Positions 28,841 to 42,305 of a stretch of DNA of 64,000 nt are shown in pieces; position 1 is the first letter of the stretch; each line of letters starts with the position of its first letter. Position numbers and translations under genes: made by a program. This DNA is from Octopus bimaculoides. Taxonomy: Eukaryota. The notes below the pieces were generated by a model. It had not been told where the DNA came from. It worked only from the letters and a program-made list of their open reading frames with translations, and made no database searches. The stretch lies in assembly GCF_001194135.2 (NCBI RefSeq), contig NC_068991.1:72613673-72677672 (forward strand), read 5' to 3'.

Positions 28841-29244
28841 ATTATTGATTTATTTATTTATACATATATAATTGCCACCACAATGTGGCGGAACCATAAG
28901 GTCGACGCTACTGTTGTTTATAGCCCAGGAAGACATCTCCTCCAGCTGTCTAACGACACACTGTCTGTGTCCGATTAGTATTCGCGATGGGAAATTATCA
29001 TTCTCATCACTAGCCTTACGTGTAACACATAGACCCGGCTTTCTGGGTAGCAGCTCGCCTCCAACGTGTGACAATCATCCACTAGCGATGAGAACTCATT
29101 CCGTACTCAAAATACTATATGCTCTTTCCAGTGACAAACTGTCGCTGATCTCGAAAAAGGAGAAACGAGCAATAATAAATCTCTGAGCGAGACGTAAACA
29201 GTTGCGAAGTCTAGCCTAAATGCCGGATTAAACGTAGACCAAGA

Positions 29245-29602
29245 CTCATTTAATTCATTTTGTATACCGTATATACCAGCGTATAGGATGGAATTTGAAC
29301 TTTAAAACATCACCCCACCCAAACTAGGGGTCGTCTTATATGCCCCGTATAAAATCTGAATCACCGTGGTCGGCTTTGCCTTTCATCCGTTCGGAGGTTC
29401 ATAAATTAAGGACCAGCTATGCACTGGGGACTATGTAATCGACTAGTCCCTTCCCTCAAAATTTCAGGCCTTGTGCCTATAGTAGAAAGGATTATTATTA
29501 TTATTATTAGTTTTATTATTATTATTAGTTTTATTATTATTATTAGTTTTATTATTATTATTATTGTTAGTAGTCAGGTAGTAGTAGTAGCAGCAGCAGC
29601 AA

Positions 29603-29649
<47 letters not shown>

Positions 29650-30575
29650 ATAGTAGTAGTAGAGTGCCAGACAAACTGTTTTGCGGTATTTAGTTATTGT
29701 CTTTTAAAATATTTTGAGTTGAAATCCCACTTCCGAGGTTCACTTTGCCTTTGATCTTCCCAAGGTCAATAAATGAAGTAATAGTCCGATGTTGTGTAAC
29801 TCTATCTGATTTTAGTAAACGTAGGGAAATTGCTATCTCATACAACAGAGTTGACATGGTATTGTTAGATCTGTTTATGAACATATTGAAGGAAACTTGT
29901 TTTCCGGAATTATAGTTTTATTTAAATCTGCAAGGAGAGTTGTCTCCCTTGCAATTCGTTGGTAATATCAGAGTTTTCTCCCTTATAAATTTAGCGTTAT
30001 TTTACTCTGGATTCATTTCCATAAATTTCCGAAGCAGCTTAGCACGACATAAATGGATTGAACATTGTGAAAATCTTGGTCTGGTTGGTTTTGAGTTCAA
30101 ATCATGTTGGGTTCGATAGAAATTGAACCAGGAAATCGATAATATTGGCACGAACCAGGAAATCAATAAGATAACCAGAAACGTTTTATTGACTTCACCA
30201 AAAGAAATATTTACCGTAATTAATTGAAATTAAAGGAAAATTTGAGTTCTTCATTTAATTAAACCTCTTATCTTCTGCTTGTTTCAGCATTGGACTGTGG
30301 CCATGCTGGAGCACGCCTTAAACAATTTAGTCCAACAAATAAACCCCAGTACTTAATGTTTCAAAATGTTTGGTATTTATTTTATCGGTTCTCGTTTGCC
30401 GAACTGCTAAAGTAAGAAAACGCACACTAGTTGTCAAGCGATGGTGGTAGTTACAAACATTAAGACATACAAACACATAATACATACATACACACACGCG
30501 TGTGCGCGACAGATTTCCACAGTTTTCCAAGGCTTTGGGTCAACCCAGGTAGAAGATACTTGCCCAAGGCGCCGC
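29245..30575 (-). repeat. Right arm of large inverted duplication
   Basis: About 19 differences counted over ~300 bp of the unique segment. Confidence 0.9.
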
Positions 30576-31413
30576 GCAGTTGAACCCGAAATCACATGGC
30601 TGCAAAGAGAACGTCTTAAAAGCACAGCCATGCCAACACCACAAAACATATTTTGAATTTAAAGTTATGCATATTATCTATAAATTTCCTTACTTAATAA
30701 AATATATTATTTTAAAATTTAATTCAATTTTTATTTCTCTAAACATCTTTGCAATTTATCATATTTGTTTGGCGGATTAGAGGGTGTGGATTAGCAGCAG
30801 AAACATTAGGCAGCCGACGAAACGCTTAGTAACATTTCTTATGGCTTTATATATATTCAACTTCCACCGACATCGACTTTGCCTTTCAGTTTTTCAGTGT
30901 TGATAAAATCAATGACCGCCCGGAACTGGAGTCGGTGAAATCTACTAACACTCTCCTTGACATTCGGGTCTTTTACTTATATTTCAAAGAATTATATCTA
31001 GGCCTTGTGCCTATATTTTGAAGGATTGTATCTATTTCCCAGATTTTGTGATTTTTATTCACGCTTCTCTCTAGTATTTTCTTTATATGAAATACGAAAC
31101 TCTCACAATTGAATTGTTACAACAAAATGTGAGGTGAGCGTACATCAAGCGAGATGAAGCCGGGTCGCTGTCTAAACATACCAGATAATATTTAAACATC
31201 ACTTATAGAGACCCTAATATATCAAATAGGTTGCAGGGCTAAAAAGTGTGGACCATTCGTATCCTGACAATGCCAGGGATCGGAACAAAGAAGATGAGGA
31301 AAAGAAATAATGAATGGCGTAAATCAAATTTTCTAAGTAGGTTCGGAGCAACTTCATGGTCCCGTGAAAAATATTCTGGGGTTTTGACAGGTAAGGTGTC
31401 TTTTAATAATCAT

Positions 31414-31795
31414 TACTCTTTACTCTTTTACTCTTTTACTTGTTTCAGTCATTTGACTGCGGCCATGCTGGAGCACCGCCTTTATAGTCGAGCAAATCGA
31501 CCCCAGAGCTTATTCTTTGTAAGCCTAGTACTTATTCTATCGGTCTCTTTTGCCGAACCGCTAAGTTACAGGGACGTAAACACACCAGCATCGGTTGTCA
31601 AACAATGCTGGGTGGGGGGCACAGACAAACAAACACACACGTCGTATATACATATACGACGGGCTTCTTCAAGTTTCCGTCTACCAAATCCATTCACAAG
31701 GCTTTGGTCGGCCCGAGACTATAGTAGAAGACACTTGCCCAAGGTGTCACGCAGTGGGACTGAACCCGGGACCATGTAGTTCGAAAGCAAGCTAC
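31414..31795 (-). mobile_element. SINE family A
   Basis: Reverse complement of the 56023 copy along nearly its full length. Confidence 0.9.
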
Positions 31796-32094
31796 TTTAT
31801 TTCATTTCATTCATTATAAGAAAATAATATAAATGTAGTGAGAGATATAAAAATCACAAAATGACAGGACAGTCACGGCTGGAGCATCGTTGATCATATT
31901 TGTCTTTGATCAGGACTGACCTGAACTAAACAACTAGAACAAAACTATTATTTTTCCCAGTGTACTCTTCAAACAGAACTCAAACTTTTGTTCAATGATG
32001 TAAACCAAACTAATGTCAGCAGCTCTGCCGATGCCCCGCTGTGTCTTCTTACTAAACGTCAATCAACTGTTATGTATAATGGTTTCAAATTAAA

Positions 32095-32270
32095 GATTAT
32101 TCGCCAACATAACATGGCAGTCCAAGTTTAGGTCGAATGTTGCTGTAATTTAGCCCCAGGAGACATCGTCTCCAGCTGGCTATATGACACTATCTCTGTC
32201 CTTATTTAGGGCCAAATTACAGCAACATTAGTCCTAAACCAGGACTGCCATGTTACGTTGGCAAATAATC
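32095..32270. repeat. Palindromic MITE-like hairpin
   Basis: About 62 bp arms at 32095-32156 and 32209-32270. Confidence 0.8.
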
Positions 32271-33635
32271 CTTACTCTAGAGCACTGTTGCTAAATATCT
32301 CTCGTTGAGAGAGTAACAAATCGTAATTTTCTATGGTTTCAAATTCTTGCACATACCAGCAGTTTTTACGGCAGGGCGCCAATCAATTACATCAATCCGA
32401 GTACTCATAAAGTTGAAAGCGAAGTGGACCTCGGCGAATTTGAACTCACAATGTAGAAATCCGGAAGAAACGCCATTAAACATTTTATCCGGTGTCTTAA
32501 CGATTCTGCCAGCTCGCTACCTTTCTGTTATGTATGACATATAGCGTTTGTGTCACTCTGGTGTAGATAATAATGAACTATTCTAGGGAACTTTCCGAAG
32601 TAGAGAGCATAATATACCGGTCTGTGTGTCTTAAATATTTTTCCAGAGTTCTATTACGGTAAGAGCATGTAGAATATAATATATCGTCTTGTGTGTGTGT
32701 GTTGAATATATATTCAGGCTTCAATCACAGAGTATATACAACGAAAGCCAAGGGTCTGTATGTGTTAAATATAATCCCTACAGTTGTTTTGCAGAATATA
32801 CACAACAAAGTATATCGGTCTGTGTATGTTATATACGAAGCCAAACTTCTATTGCGGACGACAGAGCATATAAAGCACAGTGAGAACATTGACCAAGTGG
32901 TTTGGGTGTTGCGCGCACATCGCCAGATCGTGATTTCGATTCCTGGACCGGGAGATACGTTGTGTTCTTGAGCAAAACATTTCATCTCACGTTACTCTGC
33001 GATCATTTCGACACTGGACGTGTGGTACACCGAGAAAAGGTGACGAGCTGGCAGAAACGTTAGCACGCCAAGCGAAATGCCTAGCGGTATTTCGTCTGCT
33101 GTGACGTTCTGAGTTCAAATTCCGCCGAGGTCGACTTTGCCTTTCATCCTNNNNNNNNNNTGTCCTTGTTTGTCCCCTCTATGTTTAGCCCCTTGTGGGC
33201 AATAAAGAAATAGGTATTTCGTCTGCTGCTACGTTCTGAGTTCAAATTCCGCCGAGGTCGACTTTGCCTTTCATCCTTTCGGGGTCGATTAAATAAGTAC
33301 CAGTTATGCACTGGGGTCGATATTATCAACTTAATCCCTTTGTCTGTCCTTGTTTGTCCCCTCTATATGTAGCCCCTTGTGGCTAGTAAAGAAATAACAC
33401 CGAGAACCGGTTCAGATAACGTCGGTTTGATGGAGAGAGAGTGAGCGAATGTACAGCACAAGCATTTGCTCCTTGTAAACCTAGAAAATATCGTTCATAC
33501 TTGTGTAGGTTGTTCAGCAACAAATCGCCGAACCGTCTTTCGAGGACTACGACAGTCTTCCGTCTTATAAAACACAATGTATTCGCTCTGTCTGTGTTAA
33601 ATGTGTCTGCAAACTTCTACTGTAGAGTATACAAT

Positions 33636-33670
<35 letters not shown>

Positions 33671-33835
33671 TAAAAGTGTGAAGATGAAAGGCAGGGTGAA
33701 GTAGGTAGAAAGATGAATAGACAGCGATAGACCGAGAGAAATAGATACAAAGAAATAGATAAATAAAGAGAAGGAAAGAAACGAATAGAGAGCGAGAGAA
33801 AAATAGAGAGATACATAGAAAGAGAGAGAGAGAGA

Positions 33836-33872
<37 letters not shown>

Positions 33873-34391
33873 GAAATAGCGTTTTGGTATCTTAACTATT
33901 GAAATAGAACAAAAAAAGAAAAACGCAGGAAATCGATTCAATTAAAGGATTATGACGTCATAGTTGATAATTTTGAAATAAAAAAAAATTACGGAGCGAT
34001 ATATTTTTATGACCAAATGAAAACTTGAAAATATCATTGTATATAAAAGAAAGAGTGTTTAGAAATCTAGAGCCAGAAAGATCATTAATGTATTAACGCT
34101 ATTGTCAAAGAGAATGAGAAGTAGGAATGGATTTGTAATGGAGATAAGTTAACGAATTTGCGAAGAAGGCAAGAAAGACAGGGCGACGTCGTTATAGACA
34201 TCTTATCTTTTATATTTGATCAAATTTATTTTTATCGATTAGTCACTGGATTGTGGCCATGCTGGAGCACCGTCTCAAAGCGTTTTGGTCGAACAAATCA
34301 ACTCCAGTTCTTATTTTTTGAGCGTTGTACTTATCATATCTCCTCTTTTGCCGAACCGCTAAGTTACGGGAAGGTAAACAAACCAACATTA

Positions 34392-34705
34392 GTTGTATGC
34401 TGTCAACTTAATGTGATAGTCTCCTGAAAGGAATAATACTACTGTTGGTTAGACACCGGAAGCTTCACCGCTTCCTGTCGGCCTTGACACATTTCCTGTG
34501 TCCTTATGTTTACAAGGGGGAGACATAAGGACACAGGAAATGTGTCAAGGCCGACAGGAAGCAGTGCAGCTTCTTAGGTCTAACCAACAGTAGTATTATT
34601 CCCTTCAGGGGACTGTCACATTAAGTTGACAGCATACAACAACTTCATCATATCACTACTGCATAAATCTTTCTGAGACATTTAGAAATGTATTATTTCT
34701 AAACA
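34392..34705. repeat. Fold-back element (~118 bp arms) with asymmetric tail
   Basis: Arms 34392-34509 and 34523-34640, about 9 mismatches. A second, inverted partial copy lies at 36087-36326. Confidence 0.9.
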
Positions 34706-35577
34706 AACATTAGTTGTCACCAGTGGATGAGGTGACAAACACAAACGCAAAGTCTCTCTCTCTCACACACACGATGGGATTCCATACAGTTTCCGTCTGT
34801 TAAATTCACTCACATGGCAGCAGTCAGGCCAGGGCCATTGTATAAGTCACTTGCCTAAGGTACCGTACAGATGGACTGACCCAGAAACCACGTGGTTGTA
34901 AAGCGAGCTTCTTAATCACGCGGTCATACCAGCGACCTTCCAGTATCTTGTATATTTAAGAGGGAGTTAGTGTATACAGCGATTTCCATGTTGGAGGCCC
35001 ACGATTAGACACTAGTATTGGTGTGATAAGATCAACACTTGTTTATGCAAGACATCATAACCATCACTATAACTATAATTATCTGTTTGTTGCCATGGTA
35101 ACTATGGCAGCTGACAGTTTCAACTTCCGTTGGTGAGGACACAGGACTCATTTCATTGACTAAAAATATACAACTTTAAATGCTTCCATCTTGTTTATTA
35201 GTAATTTTTTGGCAATATTTGTCATCAACATGCAAATCTACATCTGAGCGAAAAATTTGAAAATAATCCATTGAGAATTGAAAAATCTTCAAGTGGTTAG
35301 AAGAAGAAAATGAAAAAAGATCCCAGAAGTAGAGAATTAATTCCTTGGAGATTAATCCTCGGTGTTAATGGTATGTATGTATGTATGTATGTATGTATGT
35401 ATGTATGTATGTATGTACGTATGTATGTATGTATGTACGTATGTATGTATGTATGTGTGTATGTATGTGTATGTATGTATGTATGTATGTATGTGTGTGT
35501 GTATGTGTATGTATGTATGTATGTATGCATGAATGAATGTATGCATGTATGTATGTATGTATGTATGTATGTATGCA

Positions 35578-35610
<33 letters not shown>

Positions 35611-35766
35611 CTATGTATGTATGCATGTATGTATGTATTCATGTATGTATGTATGTTTGTCTGTATGTAATGTATGCCTTTAAGAATGTATGTATGTATG
35701 TATGTGTGTGTGTCTCTCTCTCTATCTGTCTTCTATAGATTTATATAATTTGCTAAGGGAGAGAAC

Positions 35767-35798
<32 letters not shown>

Positions 35799-35809
35799 TA
35801 GAGAGATAG

Positions 35810-35844
<35 letters not shown>

Positions 35845-37830
35845 GAGTAATGGTAGAAGATAAAAAGAGTTTGAAACAACGTTCTAGTGACGTGATAGAG
35901 AGAGAGAAGAACCAGAAAAATATGTTTCAGTTAAAGTATCACGATGTCATACACAATATATCTTAAACATTTCATACAGATTCCTTTACTGTATTCTCCA
36001 TATTTTCCAATACTTTTCTGGATTAATGAAAGCTACAATTTCTTCAAAATGAGTTGGGTGGATCATTGTAAAACAAAATACATCCAGTTTAGAAATAATA
36101 CATTTCTAAATCTCTCAGAGATTTATGCAGTAGTGATACGATGGTGTAGTTGTATGCTGACAACTTAATGTGACAGTCCCCTGAAGGGAATAATACTACT
36201 GTTGGTTAGACCTAGGAAGCTGCACTGCTTCCTGTCGGCCTTGACACATTTCCTGTGTCCTTATGCTTGTCTCCCCCTTGTAAACATAAGGACACAGGAA
36301 ATGTGTCAAGGCCGACAGGAAGCGGCGCATATGTGTAGAAGTATGTACGGTGTGTGAGTGTGAGTGTGTGTATGTGTGTGTGTGTGTGAGAGAGAGAGAG
36401 TGGGGAGGAAAGAAGGAGGGAAAGAAAGAGCAGGAGAGAGAGAAAGATAGTGAGAAGGGCAGATAGGATGGAGAGAGAGAGAGAGAGCGAGAGAGAGAGA
36501 GAGAGAGAGAAAGAGAAAAGAAAGGGAGAGACAGAGGCGAATAATATAGGAAGATATAAAATATTGATCTTGTATCCTTGGGCAAGTGTCTTCTACTAGA
36601 ATCTCGGGGCGAGTAAATTCGGTAGATAGAAACTGAAAGCACCCGCTTGTTGATTACTCACCTGTCTTTGTCTTTTGTTTTCTGTAAATTTGAACTACAC
36701 ACACACACACACATATATACACATACACACACATAGAAGATGTCTTTTCAGTTGAAGTATTATGACGTCATAGTTGACATAATCTTAAAAATTCAACTAA
36801 ATCCTCGAAATAAATTCTCGATGTTTTCCTATATTTCGATGGAGAAACGAAAGCCGTAATTCCTTCAGAATGAGTTGATTGAAACTTTGTAGTCATGAAG
36901 CCCAGCCCCATTAGGGGCTGCATGACTACGTATCAGCGGTGTTTATTCCCTTATGAACAGTCTCAGTTCTTTACCCCACCTTAATGTGTGTGTGTGTGTG
37001 TGTGAGACAGAAGGAGAGAGAAAGAGAGAGATATCAAGAGATATGAAAAGAGAGAGGGAGAAGAAGAGAGAAAGAGAGAAAGAGAGAAAGAAAAGATGGA
37101 AGGAGAGAGGTACAGTGAATGTCGTTGTTGGTGTTTTGACAATTGATGGAGAACTGTAGAAGATGCAGGGAAATCCCTGTTTCATCCACAGAATTATGAC
37201 GTCATAGATATTTTGAAAATAATTCCTCCAAATTCACCCACTATATTCTCAATATTTGCCAATATTTTATTGAATAAATAGAATCTTGAATGTATTAATA
37301 CTATGAACAATATGGCTGCAGTAAAAATACTCCAGAGAAGCTTTTTATATACTCAGTAATATGACTCCATGTATGTTGAGAATGATTTTCGGCATAGAAT
37401 GATGTTCCACAGTTTAATTTTCTTCCATATTTCAGGGACATCATTTAATTACACATTGATCGAAGCTTTTGTTGTTCTTTATCTCCAAGTGAGTTTTGAT
37501 CAAACAAAAGTATGGCGAATGGCAACCCAGCAATGACTAGTCCATTTTATATTTACGCAATATGTAGATGCCAGACTATATTTTAAATGTGTCTTTCCCT
37601 GCTAAGGACAGTAAGGTATGATATAATGGCGACTTAGATTCCTCGTAGATACACTGATGGTCATGAAATATAAACTCATTACGAAGTTTAGATTAATTGT
37701 TATGGATTATACGTGACCGCAGTGTTACTTTTTCGTAAATGATAACAGCTAAATTGTGAAATAATCTGCAAACTAGAGAGCATAATTTATCTGTCTATCT
37801 ATATGTGCCTTCGTCTATAGATTTATATAA

Positions 37831-37870
<40 letters not shown>

Positions 37871-38810
37871 NNNNNNNNNNNNNNNNNNNNNNNNNNNNNN
37901 NNNNNNNNNNNNNNNNNNNNNNNNNNNNNNNNNNNNNNNNNNNNNNNNNNNNNNNNNNNNNNNNNNNNNNNNNNGGAGAGAGAGAGAGAGGGAGGGAGAG
38001 AGAGAGAGAGGGAGGGAGAGAGAGAGAGAAGCGCGTCTGCGAGAGAGTGAAAGAGCGCAAGAGAGAGGGAGGGAGAGAGATAACAATTCGGGAAAATAAA
38101 TTATAAAATACCGTTCTTTCACCTTGATTGCGAGTGAACTAAAGAAGACGCAGGAAGATGTTTTATTGAGTTAAACTATTCTAACGTCACAGACGATATA
38201 TTTTAAATAATTAATCAAATTCCTGACCCACAAATCAATGTTTTCTACTATTTCCTTGCGTTAAGAAAATCCGAATTTTTCATCAATATTGTAAACGTAA
38301 AAAAACATCCTGCCGTGACAGTCGAGCCTGTTGTGGGAGCTGCAAGAGTATATTATGTAGATGTGCCATCGCCATTTGTAACTCAGCTTGATGTGATACG
38401 AGGGAGATTTGGCTGCTATTTCTAGCAGATGGATCGGCCACGTAGTTAACCACATTGGCTACCATAGTCACAATTCATGCAAAATTAAAACGAAACGAAC
38501 ATCACTAAACGAACAAACTGTGTCGTAACGTGAAGCGTTCAAAGCAGTTTGAAAATATGAAAGGAGAATGGTTCAAGGGTGATAACTGAAAATGAAATCT
38601 TGTGTCGATCTCTTTGAGTTATCGTTTTTTCTAGAACAGAAAATTGGACCAAATTTATAAGCGGACTAAATGTTTGACCCATTGATTTCTGCTCGGAATA
38701 AGCAACTCTTTGTTTCATTGAAATGTCGGTATATGTTAAATAAGAATTAAGTAAAAAAAAATGTAAAACAAAAGTGAAATAAAAGAATTGGTGGATCAGA
38801 TTACAAATTA

Positions 38811-39420
38811 GGCGCAGCTGTGGCTGTAGGATAAGAAGTATACTTCCCAACCACATGGTTCCGAGTTCAGTCTCATTGCGTGGCACCTTGGGCAAGTATC
38901 TTCTACTAGAATCTCGGGGCGAGTAAATTCGGTAGATAGAAACTGAAAGCACCTGCTTATTCTTCCCTCAGCTGTCTTTGTCTTTTGTTTTCTGTAAATT
39001 CGAACTACACACGGACACACACACTCTCTCTCTCACACACACACACTCACACACATACACACACACATATATACACAATACCCACACATATACACACATA
39101 CACACACACACATATAAACACACATACACACACATTCACACATACATACATACCCACTCGCATAAATACACACATACATATATATCCACTTATGTATCTG
39201 TCTTTGGTATGCGTGTGCTTACGTCCCAGTAACTTAGTGGTTCAGCAAAAGAGACCAAAAGAATAAGCACGGGGCTTAAAAACATATAAGCACTGGCGTT
39301 AATTCATTCGATTAAGAACTATTGAAGGTGGTGCCTCAGCGATTAAGAACTATTGAAGGTGGTGCCTCAGCATGGCCGCAGTTTAATGACTGAAAAAAGT
39401 AAAAGACAAAAGATAAAAGA
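38811..39420 (+). mobile_element. SINE family A variant with expanded (CA)n
   Basis: Head, core and tail present; carries a 31-bp tandem duplication at ~39310-39371. Confidence 0.8.
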
Positions 39421-40070
39421 CCAGTTTTGTAACTGTTTTTAATTCTCTATGCAACATTAAATACAAGATGCTACAGGAAATTTTAACTCTCAAACAATGT
39501 GTATAATTTTTAAAGTGAATTTTATAATTTCCTAATTTGGAAATATTTGAAATCCTCTTGGTAAAGTAAATTAGCTGTGACCAACAAAAATCTTTACGTC
39601 GGATGAAACCCACATCTCAACTGATTTCTATGTGGCTCGGGTCCCTTAGAGTGTAAGAAGTTAAGGACCGAGGCCTTGCCTGACTGGGGTGTGTTCTCTG
39701 AAGACCTTCTGCTGTTCAGCTGTCTTGAGAGTTTCTTATTATCAACTGGCCATATGTGAACATGCTAGCTGTATTGTAATGAATGTGAGTTATTAGAATT
39801 TAACAGAAAAAAGCAGCTAAAGCATAAATAGAAAAGCGAATATTTATTTGTTAGTTTTCTTGAAGGAAATTTAAAAACGAAGATTCATAATTTTCTTTCC
39901 GTATGGCGATAAACTTCTTTTAAGAGAAGTGGTAGCTTAAAGTGTTTAGAGATAGTGTTGAGAAATACGAGTGTCAGTGTGCATACGTATATGACTGCAT
40001 ACACAAACACACACGCATACAAACATGAGTACATAAACACACACACATATATACATGCATACACACACAC

Positions 40071-40113
<43 letters not shown>

Positions 40114-41983
40114 NNNNNNNNNNNNNNNNNNNNNNNNNNNNNNNNNNNNNNNNNNNNNNNNNNNNNNNNNNNNNNNNNNNNNNNNNNNNNNNNNNNNNNN
40201 NNNNNNNNNNNNNNNNNNNNNNNNNNNNNNNNNNNNNNNNNNNNNNNNNNNNNNNNNNNNNNNNNNNNNNNNNNNNNNNNNNNNNNNNNNNNNNNNNNNN
40301 NNNNNNNNNNNNNNNNNNNNNNNNNNNNNNNNNNNNNNNNNNNNNNNNNNNNNNNNNNNNNNNNNNNNNNNNNNNNNNNNNNNNNNNNNNNNNNNNNNNN
40401 NNNNNNNNNNNNNNNNNNNNNNNNNNNNNNNNNNNNNNNNNNNNNNNNNNNNNNNNNNNNNNNNNNNNNNNNNNNNNNNNNNNNNNNNNNNNNNNNNNNN
40501 NNNNNNNNNNNNNNNNNNNNNNNNNNNNNNNNNNNNNNNNNNNNNNNNNNNNNNNNNNNNNNNNNNNNNNNNNNNNNNNNNNNNNNNNNNNNNNNNNNNN
40601 NNNNNNNNNNNNNNNNNNNNNNNNNNNNNNNNNNNNNNNNNNNNNNNNNNNNNNNNNNNNNNNNNNNNNNNNNNNNNNCAGAAAAGAAAGAAACATCATA
40701 AAATGCTTATGTAATACTCTTACTCATTTACTCTTTTACTTGTTTCAGTCATTTGACTGCGGCCATGTTGGAGCACCGCCTTTAGTCGAGCTAATCGACC
40801 CAGGACGTATTCTTTGTAAGCCTAGTACTTATTCTATCGGTCTCTTTTGCCGAACCGCTAAGTTACGGGGACGTAAACACATCACCATCGGTTGTATTAT
40901 TTGTAATATTGTATTATTAGTTTACAAAAAAAAAAAATATAAGATGAAAAAATTGTCGACTTTTATTTTATTCATTATATATATTGTTTCCGGTACAAAT
41001 TAATATTACGAAGAAATATTACCGGTCCCTGGAACATTGGAAAAAGAAACTGCCGGGACGCCACATCAGATCGTTTGAGAAGCACTGATCTAGGTTACTT
41101 CTGCATTGGATGAGAGATCGGGGAAAAGAACGTGATAGGTAGACAGACAGACAAACAGACAAAGAGATAGATTGGTAGGTAGGTAGGTAGATAGGTGGAT
41201 GTATAGATAGATAAATAAATAGATAGATAGGTTGCTCGGTAGGTAGATAGATAGGTAGATAGGTAGATAGATAGACAGATAGGTGGATGTATAGATAGAT
41301 AAAAAACTAAATAGATAGATAGGTTGTTCGATAGATAGATAGACAGTTAGATAGATAGGTAGATAGATAGATAGAAAGATAGATGGATAGATAGATAGAT
41401 AGATGGGATTTCTTATTGTGAAGGAAGTATTATTGCTATGAAGAATACAGTTTCAGTAAAAACACCCCAGGGGAGCATTCTACATATTTAATAAGATTAC
41501 TCCTTATAAGTTGAGAATAATCTTCAGCATAGAACGATCTTCTACTATTACATTATCTTCTATATTTCGGAGACTTTCTTTAATTGCACATTCATTGTTC
41601 TTGTTGTTGCTGCTGATCTCCGTATCGAATGAAACGAATATATGACGCAAAGCAATCCGAGGCAAGATTATCCTGTCATTATCTAGGTGTCAGACTACAT
41701 GTGTCAACATGTTCCAATGTATCTCACCGTGTTAAGGACCCCTAAGGTGTGATGCAACGGCTATTTAGCTTCCTCGTAGGCACATTAATGGTTATGAAAT
41801 GAAGACTCGTTGACAGTTATCCAGTCTTACAGTGTAGATAAACTGTTATGACTGCAGTGACACTATTTCGTACATGATAACTAGATTGTGAAATAGTCTA
41901 GAATCTAGATAACATAATATATATGACTTCTGTATGTTGAATATATCTGCCGTCTTATTTAGATTTATGTAAATTGGAGAGGA

Positions 41984-42020
<37 letters not shown>

Positions 42021-42030
42021 CATACATACA

Positions 42031-42273
42031 TAATAATATTAGGGATAAAATCCAAAATTACAGGTAAAAACTCAATTAAAATCAATTTATTAAAAATTAA
42101 AATTAAATTAAGTTTCACAGTATAAGATATATATAAATATATAGTTTTAGGGAAAAGAACCAAGGTTCATGAACTCATCGATGAAAATCCAGTCACATAT
42201 AGAAAAATTAATAATTAAAAGCACAATAAATAAGTATAATATAATACAAAGTAAATATCATAAGATCAAGATA

Positions 42274-42280
<7 letters not shown>
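42031..42280 (+). mobile_element. Second copy of the 8170 repeat family
   Basis: taataatattaggga.aaaatccaaaattacaggtaaaaactcaattaaaatc... is colinear with 8178-8410. Confidence 0.7.

Positions 42281-42305
<25 letters not shown>

Noticed and set aside
33090-33280. Duplicated SINE B segment
   Set aside because: It straddles a 10-N gap and is probably an assembly artefact.
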